Below, in pieces: positions 1-9,107 of a stretch of DNA of 64,000 nucleotides. Both the position numbers and the translations under genes were made by a program. Source of the stretch: Tetramitus jugosus (lineage: Eukaryota > Protista > Heterolobosea). The DNA lies in contig OW569383.1 in NCBI GenBank assembly GCA_937625935.1, positions 248,001-312,000 on the forward strand, written 5' to 3'. The notes under the pieces were generated by a model. That model was not told where the DNA came from. It saw only the letters and a list, made by a program, of their open reading frames with translations, and did not search any database. Positions within the stretch are counted from its first letter, which is position 1; every line of letters begins with the position of its first letter.

Positions 1-2652
1 TCTGTACACAGCAGAAGGAGCATCTGGCCATATCTCTCTCACACTCTGGCAATCAACAATATTTCTTTTCTCACTATTAGTGAAGAAGTCTACCTCGATC
101 ACATCTCCATTTTGATTTAAATATGGACCATAAATGGAAGAAATATTCCTCAGTGTGGATGAGGGATTTCCTGAAGCCATTCTCACTTGGACAGGATCTA
201 TTGTTCCCCAAAAATTGAATTGTGCATTCACTACAGAGCTTCCTCTGTTGTTGAGTACAAAAGAGCCTGATTTAAATTGGAAGTAGTTTCTATGAATTTT
301 GACTCCTCCAGTCACATCGACAAGTTGATTAAAACCTGGAAGAATGGTATTATCAGCTATCTTATTGTTTCTGAAGTCGGATAGAACACATCCTATCGTT
401 GGAAACTTCAGTGAGACCACTTGATTAAAAATTAAATTATTAGAGAAAATATTACTTTCAATCAGGATTGGTTGTGAGCAATTCACAGTTTCAAATGACA
501 GAATACAACTGGCATTGTTCCTTTGGAATGTGTTCTTCTGAATGTAAAATTGTCCCTCACTTTGTTTGTTAATCGTAACAGCTCCAGTGCATTCTGTAAA
601 CTCATTATTATTGACTGTTCCAACATCAGCTTTAGTCTTGACATTCAACGGATCTCCTAAATTCGCGAAACGATTGCCAGTAATACTCAATTGACCATGT
701 TCACTATCTACTTTTACACCAGTACCCATACCAACAAATTGATTCTTTGTTATTGAAACTGATGCAGAGTTCTTTGATACCACCTCCATTATGGGAGCGT
801 TTCCATCGATCTGAAATAAATTATCGTTGATATCCGTGGTCGATGATGAACCGGTTGCTTTGATGTAGATAATGGGATTGACACTGGAATTGTTGGAAGA
901 CATATTACTGTACTTGATCTCCACATTCTCTGTATCCTGTGTTTGAATTGCATATTCATCCACTTCTTCGAAGCGAGAATATGAAATGACCAATGATCGA
1001 CCTTCTCGTGTCTGTAGTGTAATACCTTTCCCACAGACAACATAAACCAGCAGTATCTGGGATGAATTTGAAGTAATTTTTGGTTGAGAGACAGCGTTCA
1101 GGCTTCGGATATGAGTATGCGATGTGAGACTTCCTTGCATGTGTAGAGTTGCATTCAGGAGTGAAAGGGCCCCATTTCCACTAAAAATCAACTCAGCACC
1201 AGGATACCCAGCTAGAGAATTATTTGTCACCTTGATTGGTCTGTTGATGAGATATCGATAATTCGTCTCAAGATTAGTGCTCATTACAATGTGTTGAGAC
1301 AAGATGATGCTTGTATTTGACATTGTTCCGAGACTCACAATCAAATTGCCATAACCACTCGGAAGAACAATACCACTCCATAAGCTATTAGAGAAGCTTG
1401 TTTGAGCTGCAATAATGATGTTTCCAATTGTATCAACGGTGATCAATCTTCCACTCTCAGTCAGTCCCATGCTTCCAAAGGTTTCACATATCACCGTACT
1501 ACCAATTGGATATGAAATTTTACACACAAAACCATCTGAGAGAAGAAGGTCACTCGACGATATCGTGGTTTGTCCGAGTATGTTGACAGTGCCGAAAACT
1601 TTACCCGTAACTACCAGGAAGTCAGATGATCGACCATTAATTCCATAGATTTCTAAAGAACCTGAAGATGAATTGCTAAAGATTCTTCCTTTTAGAGAAT
1701 CTGAATAATCATATAACCGAGTCCCATCGAATGAAAGACTGTAATGAGAGTCCGGCTGTTTGGAAGTCACAAGAGGTGCCTTATCACCATATTGCTGAAC
1801 CTCAATTATTGTTTTTTGATTTAAGTCCACGAGAACATAGAAACTGGTTGAGTTAGTAGTTGGGCTCATTACCTTTCCACCCATAGTAACTGAGCTCTCA
1901 GTGCTGAGACCTAACCCCATAGTACCGTTGTGAACCGCCAGATTCATACCAACATTTTTTCCCCCTCCAACACTGGAAGCAATCTCTTCTATGAGGTTGG
2001 GAGCGTCATACTTACTCACGAATATGCATGAAGTGTCATTGGATGACCTCATCGTTCCAGTGAAATACAAAATGTTCGTCACGGGATCAACAGAACTACC
2101 ATAGAACATAGTGTTTGGCAGTGCTGCTGATCCATACGAATCTCCGGCTAGTGAAAATTGATGGAGAGGTCCAGCATTATTTGTTGCTCCTGCAACAAAG
2201 AGGCGGTCTTGCCATAGAGAGACAGTGTATGGAGTGAAATCAACGAGAATTGTCCATGAAGGAGTGCCGTCACTCTTCATCAAGGATAGAAATCCAACAA
2301 ACGATAAACTACCGAGTGCACCCACGTTCAGAACATTGTTCATCAGTGGAGATCCATCAGTCAATGTTCGATTCATGGTTCCCACAACAGCAATCTCATT
2401 TGTTGATGGAACATTTGTCATGGCATAGAAAGTGACACCATCACCCATTCCTTGAATCCAATTGACTGGAATGTTTGGAGTGGGAAATGCCGTCGCGACA
2501 GGGAGGGAACAACATATGAGCCACAATAGGCACACATTAATACAGAACGAAGAGAGAATCTCACCAACTCTTCTCCTTGAAAGAACAGTTGATTGTTGAT
2601 TGAAATGTCTTGAGGTTGTACAGGGATACTGTTGCAAGATTGAATCACTCAT
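1..2652 (-). CDS. Large secreted/surface protein (3' end runs off the window): hydrophobic signal segment, parallel beta-helix-like repeats, start of a fibrinogen-like module
   Basis: Missing from the ORF track because no stop lies in the window. ATG at 2652 reads MSDSILQQ...NVCLLWLICCSLPVATAFP. Frame read by hand with no stop over 1-1260 and about 1960-2652, same phase at both ends. Motifs PGAELIFSGNGAL, VVNAQFNFWGTIDP and, at the edge, DCQSVREIWPDAPSAVYR. Confidence 0.8.
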   Translation of the reverse strand, partial: MSDSILQQYPCTTSRHFNQQSTVLSRRRVGEILSSFCINVCLLWLICCSLPVATAFPTPNIPVNWIQGMGDGVTFYAMTNVPSTNEIAVVGTMNRTLTDGSPLMNNVLNVGALGSLSFVGFLSLMKSDGTPSWTILVDFTPYTVSLWQDRLFVAGATNNAGPLHQFSLAGDSYGSAALPNTMFYGSSVDPVTNILYFTGTMRSSNDTSCIFVSKYDAPNLIEEIASSVGGGKNVGMNLAVHNGTMGLGLSTESSVTMGGKVMSPTTNSTSFYVLVDLNQKTIIEVQQYGDKAPLVTSKQPDSHYSLSFDGTRLYDYSDSLKGRIFSNSSSGSLEIYGINGRSSDFLVVTGKVFGTVNILGQTTISSSDLLLSDGFVCKISYPIGSTVICETFGSMGLTESGRLITVDTIGNIIIAAQTSFSNSLWSGIVLPSGYGNLIVSLGTMSNTSIILSQHIVMSTNLETNYRYLINRPIKVTNNSLAGYPGAELIFSGNGALSLLNATLHMQGSLTSHTHIRSLNAVSQPKITSNSSQILLVYVVCGKGITLQTREGRSLVISYSRFEEVDEYAIQTQDTENVEIKYSNMSSNNSSVNPIIYIKATGSSSTTDINDNLFQIDGNAPIMEVVSKNSASVSITKNQFVGMGTGVKVDSEHGQLSITGNRFANLGDPLNVKTKADVGTVNNNEFTECTGAVTINKQSEGQFYIQKNTFQRNNASCILSFETVNCSQPILIESNIFSNNLIFNQVVSLKFPTIGCVLSDFRNNKIADNTILPGFNQLVDVTGGVKIHRNYFQFKSGSFVLNNRGSSVVNAQFNFWGTIDPVQVRMASGNPSSTLRNISSIYGPYLNQNGDVIEVDFFTNSEKRNIVDCQSVREIWPDAPSAVYR

Positions 2653-3098
2653 GTTTGAAATAATAATGATTAGCCAATTTGAATCCGTGTGGCAAATATC
2701 TAAGTCCAAGGAATGGTGGGGGTGACTGTCCAGTTGGGCCTCAAAAAGATGTTCTAGGGATTATCGGATCTCTGGGAGATATGGACTCCCCTGAAAGCGC
2801 GTGTCACATCATATTACTCCGCGATTTCGCTCAAAATGACCTCGAAATTGGACCCAAGCTAACATGTTTGTACGCTTCTCACCTTAATGAAACCCAGTCC
2901 AGTGTGAAAGTCCAGTCGTGACTAGTAATCAAAACAGTGGAGAGTCCATCATGGGTTGCATGAAACTAACAGTAGTGTTCACATCGCTATGAGTTTGGTT
3001 TGCATTGATGTAGTGAGCATGCGGTGGAGAAATAACTTTGAGATCAGATAATTTCATTGAAGCTTCAATGAACATTCCAACAACAAAAAATCTGAACA

Positions 3099-4118
3099 AT
3101 GACTTCCCGTGGACGTGGTCGCGGACGGCGAACATGTGCTCCCATTCCAAGATGGATAGGGTGTGGCGAACCTATTGCCAGCAGCAATCGATGTCCTTGG
3201 GCAACAAACACACACACAAGAGCGTTTAACATTAGACTACTGAGAAGTATTCACGCAACAACAGCATCAAATGTGGAATTTGATCCCACATGGAAGTTAA
3301 TTCTTCCGCAAGAAGTCATATTGAATAATATCATTGTATTTTGTGACGCCTTGTCCCTGATGCGATGGAGGAGTGTATGTAAGCAATGGAACGAGTTCAT
3401 ATTTCATTGTCACACAATTGCAAAGAATATTTGGTCTATATTTAAGTATGAACTACGCATGTGTATTGAAGGCTTAATGAATCTGCCATGTACTTTCACA
3501 TTCCTTCCCATTTATAATATCAATTGGCCTGATGGTGAATGGGAATCAAATGGTAGAAAGATATCTCTAGTTGCGCCACAAGTGCCACATAACTATGTAT
3601 TATTGAACAATATTGCATGTATGTTAATCAATGGAAGAGATCATCTGGTGGATGCATTGAGATCAACAACAGAACAAGGAGTATCTCATCAGAAACATAT
3701 CTGGAACCCTATCATAGTGAAACATGACGTGGTACATGACAGAGCTCCATTTAGATCATCTCTGAATGATGCAGCATGGAGTGAACCTTATAGTGATTCA
3801 GAGAATGTAGGTGGATTGGCATTCACTACAGTGAAGAAACTGTTTCGATTTCCAGATGAAGCAGAATACAATGGAGTTGAGTATGAGACTCTGTTCGAGG
3901 AGATTGCAGCAGGATCATCATTGTCACAGCAGGTTAAAGATGGATACAGATCCTTGAAACAAGGGATGGAAAGCATGTTCCAGGATATATCCATTATTCG
4001 TATGTCATTCCATAGTTATTACAAGGATTATGTTTCATTGTATTTGTGGCTTGGTGTCAGTGGAAGTTATCTGGGTGGCTACTGGTGGATAGGCACGAAG
4101 AATGTTCATGAAGTCTGA
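3099..4118 (+). CDS. F-box protein with possible NuiA-like C-terminal domain
   Basis: F-box motif LPQEVILNNIIVFCDALSLMRWRSVCKQWNEFI; C-terminus resembles the nuclease A inhibitor pattern (by eye only). Confidence 0.7.
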   Translation: MTSRGRGRGRRTCAPIPRWIGCGEPIASSNRCPWATNTHTRAFNIRLLRSIHATTASNVEFDPTWKLILPQEVILNNIIVFCDALSLMRWRSVCKQWNEFIFHCHTIAKNIWSIFKYELRMCIEGLMNLPCTFTFLPIYNINWPDGEWESNGRKISLVAPQVPHNYVLLNNIACMLINGRDHLVDALRSTTEQGVSHQKHIWNPIIVKHDVVHDRAPFRSSLNDAAWSEPYSDSENVGGLAFTTVKKLFRFPDEAEYNGVEYETLFEEIAAGSSLSQQVKDGYRSLKQGMESMFQDISIIRMSFHSYYKDYVSLYLWLGVSGSYLGGYWWIGTKNVHEV

Positions 4119-4322
4119 TCAGCGAGTGATTTCAAGTAGTTTATAGTCTGGAGTGATAGTGCTGATCCAATCGAACTAAACTTCATAACAAGAACCACAA
4201 GAAAACAAAGCGAAGAAGAAGAAGACATAAGGGTTTGTTATTCAAATTCAAATCGGTCGTGCGTTACATCTTAAGTTTGAATTTATTTGATTTTCTCCGA
4301 GTAGCATAAACAAATTCCGAGC

Positions 4323-4922
4323 ATGACGTTTCGATCATCGATCACCAGATTAATGGCCAAGTCCAGCACCATCAGCAAGACAACAGCCACATCCACCAAT
4401 AGTCACCAACAACAGCAGAAAAAAGCATTGTTCCAAACAGAGATTTTCACGCTCAAAAAATCAAAATTTTTGGCGAGCGCTCAAACCGTTCACTCTGAGC
4501 GCGAAGCTTTACAATTTCTCGATGAACTAAAGTTGAACAATAAGAAAATTTCAGAGGCGACACACAATATTGTAGCTTACAGGCTCAAAGCTAACACTGC
4601 AAAATCACCTCTAACACCTATCCAAGCAACATCTTCTCAGGTGAAAACAACAGTTGTTCCGACACGGTCTTCTGTCAAACAACAAGAAAAAGTGGAAGCT
4701 TCTTCTTTGACAAGCGTTGAAGTAATAGAACGGAGGGATGATGATGGTGAGAGTGGTGCGGGTGATCAAGTATTGAGTCTATTGAAGAGGTATGATGTCG
4801 TTGGTGTAGTTGTTGTGGTGACGAGGTGGTATGGAGGTGTCAATCTGGGAGCAGATCGATTCAAGATGATTAATCAGTCAGCGAAACAAGTGCTGCAAGA
4901 TATGGGACTCATTCCTAAGTAA
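4323..4922 (+). CDS. IMPACT/YigZ (UPF0029) family protein with a transit-peptide-like N-terminus
   Basis: KKSKFLA, ATHNIVAYR, DDDGESGAG, VVVVVTRWYGGVNLGADRFKMI. Confidence 0.92.
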   Translation: MTFRSSITRLMAKSSTISKTTATSTNSHQQQQKKALFQTEIFTLKKSKFLASAQTVHSEREALQFLDELKLNNKKISEATHNIVAYRLKANTAKSPLTPIQATSSQVKTTVVPTRSSVKQQEKVEASSLTSVEVIERRDDDGESGAGDQVLSLLKRYDVVGVVVVVTRWYGGVNLGADRFKMINQSAKQVLQDMGLIPK

Positions 4923-4967
4923 TCATCTCGATGTAAAAATCCTTCTTCTTAAAGATTGTAAGAATCT

Positions 4968-5698
4968 TTACTGTTTAACGGCCAAATACAATTGTGTTTT
5001 GTATGGGACAGTAATCGTCTGATCATCTTTTTTGTGCGCGTTGACAATCTCCCAGAGTTGTCTAGTGAATTCCTCATCCCCCAGGTTCTTGCGTGCCTTG
5101 TTTGCTTGATTAGACGACTTGGCCATGGTGATGTAGTCAGACGGGTGCATCTCTCTAATCCATTCGAAATGAAAAGTTTGACAATTTCCAAAGTAGTTGC
5201 TCATCTCTTGTTGATACGGCCATAATCTCTATTGTTCTCATAGAGTGCCAATACACCACCCTTTTGCAATACTCTGGATGCTTCCTGATAAAAAACAGGT
5301 CTATTGAACCAATGAGCTGCTTGTGCAACGGTGACAACATGAACAGACTCCGTATCCAAGGGAATATTCTCTGCACTACCATCAACATAAGAAATGTTCA
5401 TGGAGGATGGTGTTTTGGAGATGGCGGTCTTTCTCATGTCTTCTCCAGGTTCCACACCAAAGCATCGAATCAAACTGAGACTGCTTCTTTCTTGTACTGC
5501 ACTCAAATAGATTGCCCTTGTACTAATACCTGTCCCGCAACCGATGTCTGCAATGATCAAATCATCAGAGTCGTTGCTCTGGATGGAAGGAATTGTTGCT
5601 TGATTCAATATCTCTTTGAAAAGTTCATTGGGATAGTGTGGTCTGGCTTGATCGTAATTTTGGGCCAATCCGTTGAATGCTTGTGTTGAGTCAGTCAT
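4968..5698 (-). pseudogene. Class I SAM-dependent methyltransferase (Methyltransf_11-like), frameshifted near 5215
   Basis: YDQARPHYP, DIGCGTGIS, VEPGEDM, GSAENIP, AQAAHWF, LQKGGVLALY in 5201-5698. The C-terminal part (FEWIREM...VPYKTQLYLA) is in another frame at 4968-5204. Pseudogene or assembly error. Confidence 0.7.
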
Positions 5699-6182
5699 CG
5701 CAGTATCAGGATGTTTTTTGTTTGCTATGTCTGGCTCTTCAGGAGGATGATGATAGGAGAGACTTTCTGGATAAACAATCTGAACCGGGATCCGAGAATA
5801 CCCGTTTCCCTATCGGCAATTCAGGGCATCCGATATTATTCGCTAGAACAGCCTTTTGGGATCCTTCTATTTCCTACTTTTGAATGGTTAAGTAACTATT
5901 CCAAGAAATGGGTCATTTGTTGCGGCTTGCACTCACTTTGTCATTTCCATCCTGGAGGCAACAACTATAATCAAATTGATGTTCAGAATTGAATCAGTGT
6001 TTACGGTATCAGGTCAGAAGCAATATACGTGTGAATTGAAGAGTTTCATGATAATCTCAAAGTTGTACCATAGTAAGGTGGAATTGTGCTTGAATACAAT
6101 GATCCCACCAATTGCAATTTGTTTTTAACAATAACACTTGAAGGCGAAACAAAACAAACTGAGACAAAGAACATCCTCTGGT

Positions 6183-6680
6183 TTAATAGAACAAGATGGA
6201 CAATAGCGCAACAACCATTGCAACAGCGATTGAGCTCTTCCATTGAATAGCTGATGCTGCTCCATAGGTCATACAATTGGTTTCAGGCAGAAAATCACAA
6301 GTCAAATTGCCTTGTACAACCGTATTCTGGCACGCGATTTGGATATGCTCACATTGACTTCTGCATGGAGGAACACCACCTGGATATTCTTCAGTACACT
6401 TTGGATAAAAAGAGGCGCACATCCATGTCTTGTATGCCTTGGTACACCTATCAGGTACAGCAAACTTCTTTAAAAATTGAATTCCAGTGATAATCATGGC
6501 ATCTTTAAACTCTTGAGTAAGTGCAGTTGTCGAATTCACCGGCACCAGATAGTTGACTGGACATGCGGAGGAACCCGTGGAGACACAGGCCTGAGAATTC
6601 ACGGTTCCAATGAAACCGCAGCAAATCAATACGCAGAGCACAACTGTGGACAATAAGAATGGGACAATGGAGAACCTCAT
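6183..6680 (-). CDS. Small secreted protein with a Frizzled-type cysteine-rich domain and a hydrophobic C-terminal anchor (GPI/TM)
   Basis: Signal peptide; CTKAYKTWMCASFYPKC...PPCRSQCEHIQIAC...CDFLP; hydrophobic tail. Confidence 0.82.
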   Translation of the reverse strand: MRFSIVPFLLSTVVLCVLICCGFIGTVNSQACVSTGSSACPVNYLVPVNSTTALTQEFKDAMIITGIQFLKKFAVPDRCTKAYKTWMCASFYPKCTEEYPGGVPPCRSQCEHIQIACQNTVVQGNLTCDFLPETNCMTYGAASAIQWKSSIAVAMVVALLSILFY

Positions 6681-7054
6681 GTTTTGTGGTCGTGTGGGTG
6701 TAGGGGTATGTGATATCGTTGTTGTGGCTGGCAGTGTTTATGGTCAGATTTCGAATCAGAAATCATGATCCTAGACACCTGACGTGTGAAATATCTCGTG
6801 CTTTAGCCCTTTTCGCGTGTTGCGCGATCGCCAGTTCGAGACGAAAATTCTTCAGTACCGGAGAAATACTTGGATAAAGATAGAAACCGTTTATTATGGG
6901 CGAGTGTTTCATGATGCACTATGAACAAACAAGCTCCGCTCTTTGAAGGAAAGAAGTTTGAGATGTAGGAGTTTAATAGAGGTATCAAGGACGATAACAG
7001 TCGTTTCTGAACAAAGAAACCAAACCACACAATAAATATTTTCGACTAGAACAA

Positions 7055-7345
7055 ATGGGTTTAGTTTCAGCAGTAACTGTAACAGGAGTGGGTCTCGTCG
7101 CGGCAGTCACCATCGTGCCAGTAGTCACAGTACTTGGATTCACTGGTGGTGGAATCGTTGCAGGTAGTATCGCAGCCAAAATGATGTCTGCTGCAGCGAT
7201 TGCCAACGGAGGAGGAGTTGTTTCAATGGCTCTCGGAGGTCTAGTTGCTGCATGCCAATCTATTGGAGCGATTGGTGGAATCACCGGAGCTGCTGCCGCG
7301 GCATTTGGCGCAGGAGGAGTTGCTTTGTTGACCCCAACTCCCTAA
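7055..7345 (+). CDS. IFI6/IFI27 (ISG12, Ifi-6-16) family small membrane protein
   Basis: LGFTGGGIVAGSIAAKMMSAAAIANGGGV...GGLVAACQSIGA matches the family signature. Confidence 0.9.
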   Translation: MGLVSAVTVTGVGLVAAVTIVPVVTVLGFTGGGIVAGSIAAKMMSAAAIANGGGVVSMALGGLVAACQSIGAIGGITGAAAAAFGAGGVALLTPTP

Positions 7346-7558
7346 ACTCGCGAGTTGACTTTAGTCCCATGTTGACAACAGCATGAGACAAATCGAAAAC
7401 AATTTGTAAATTCAAACGGTCGAACTCCGTCATGCGAACATGCACCCCAGAACAGAAGAAAAAACAGAACATAAAATTATCAGTCCCATGATTGTTTTCA
7501 TCCTTTGCCAGTTTTCACACAAACGAAACAAGACAATAACAAATAAGAGAAACTCAAA

Positions 7559-8797
7559 ATGAAGAAAAACTCCGTTTCCGGTTCCGGTTCCAGGAACAAA
7601 CAAAAGGAGAGTTTACAACAAACCAATAAACGTCAAAACACGAATAACAAGAGCAAGAAAGGAGGAGCTGCTTACTCATCATCAAACAATGTTCAGACCA
7701 CCAAGGCACCTACTACTATCACTCTCAAGGATCAAGAAGACTTTCTGAGAACACATCTGGAGCCTCTGATCTTGTCAGACCCTGTTCCAAGTGACCCTTC
7801 AGACAACAGATACACTCAATCGTTTGATCCAAGCGAACAAGGACAGATTCTAGAATTTTTTCACAAGTATGGATTCGTTGTTGTTCGAGATGTGCTGACC
7901 AGTGAAGAATGTCAGCGAACGTTTGGCGAAATTATGGATATCATGGAGCAGAACACGAGACGTGCTTTCCGAAGAAATGATAGATCAACATGGGATCATT
8001 GGCCAGCCAACTCGATTGAACACTTTGGTTCGGTACAGAGAGCTCCCATCTTCTCTGAACAATTTCTAAAGAATCGTTGTAATCCAAACGTTTACAATGC
8101 GTTTCGCCTGCTGTTGAATGAAGACAATTTGATGGTGAGTCAAGATAGAGCATGTTTTTATAGACCAACGGTCAATGTGCCAGGACTGAGTGCATCTGTG
8201 ACGTCCAAGTTCCGAACTGTACTCAACTTGCATTTGGATATGAATCCTTGGAATTGGATGGATAGTGATGGGTCCGAGCAGGAAGAAGCGCTAGGAAACT
8301 TAACTTATGGTCACCGATTGAATGACTTTATTTTTGAAAACAATCAAGTGACAAAGAGTGAAGGACCTATGCACCTACAAGCAGGTATCAATCTGTTGGA
8401 CAACTTTGAAGAAGATGGTGGATTCTTGGTCGTGCCACACTTCCACAAGGTATTCGAACAGTATTTTACTCATATCATGTCCATTGGAGATCGAACAAAG
8501 CCTTCCTATGGCTTCACAAAGAATGACCCGATTCTCAAGTATTCCCTGCGAGTAGCCATGAGGCCGGGATCTATTGTACTTTGGTCTCAGAACATGCCTC
8601 ATGGCAGTGGACCAAACTATAGTTCAAGGCCTAGGAGTGCCCAATTCATCAAAATGTTCCCAACGAGCATGATTGAAAAACAACAGAGTCGTTTCAAAGA
8701 GCGTTGTTCAACCATTCGGGCACAACTAAAGAAGGCTTCTCTAGAAGAAAGTGAACTCAGTGAGTTGGCTCAGCAACTCTTGTTCAATAAACACTAG
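7559..8797 (+). CDS. Phytanoyl-CoA dioxygenase (PhyH)-like Fe(II)/2-oxoglutarate dioxygenase
   Basis: FFHKYGFVVVRDVL, HLD Fe ligands, GGFLVVPHFH, PGSIVLWSQNMPHGSGPNYSSRPR. Confidence 0.85.
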   Translation: MKKNSVSGSGSRNKQKESLQQTNKRQNTNNKSKKGGAAYSSSNNVQTTKAPTTITLKDQEDFLRTHLEPLILSDPVPSDPSDNRYTQSFDPSEQGQILEFFHKYGFVVVRDVLTSEECQRTFGEIMDIMEQNTRRAFRRNDRSTWDHWPANSIEHFGSVQRAPIFSEQFLKNRCNPNVYNAFRLLLNEDNLMVSQDRACFYRPTVNVPGLSASVTSKFRTVLNLHLDMNPWNWMDSDGSEQEEALGNLTYGHRLNDFIFENNQVTKSEGPMHLQAGINLLDNFEEDGGFLVVPHFHKVFEQYFTHIMSIGDRTKPSYGFTKNDPILKYSLRVAMRPGSIVLWSQNMPHGSGPNYSSRPRSAQFIKMFPTSMIEKQQSRFKERCSTIRAQLKKASLEESELSELAQQLLFNKH

Positions 8798-9107
8798 ATA
8801 CCGCGTCTGTTGGGCTGAATGGATCTTTGTCCGTCGTTATCCTTCTTCCTGTCACATCTCTCGCCAGAGAGAACGGACTAAATAGATGACCTGATGTTTG
8901 GGTGGTTGACAAGGTTTTGCTTGAATCATCACATAGTTCGATTTGCCATACATGTATGTTCTTGTCAAGTCAATCACAGAACAATATTGTCAACAAGTTT
9001 TTTACTACCACAATGCCTGACAAGCCAAAAACTCAAAATTGAGATTATAACAAACAGCACATTTTCGAAGAACAAAGCAAGTAAAATTTACGGCGCAAGC
9101 TCCACAT

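Noticed and set aside
5205-5216. An 11-nt GT-AG micro-intron that would repair the methyltransferase frame
   Set aside because: Far shorter than the 45-97 nt introns seen in this window and would not restore the apparently missing residues.
5746-5784. Possible C/D-box snoRNA (ATGATGA...CTGA)
   Set aside because: Too short, with no identifiable guide or terminal stem.
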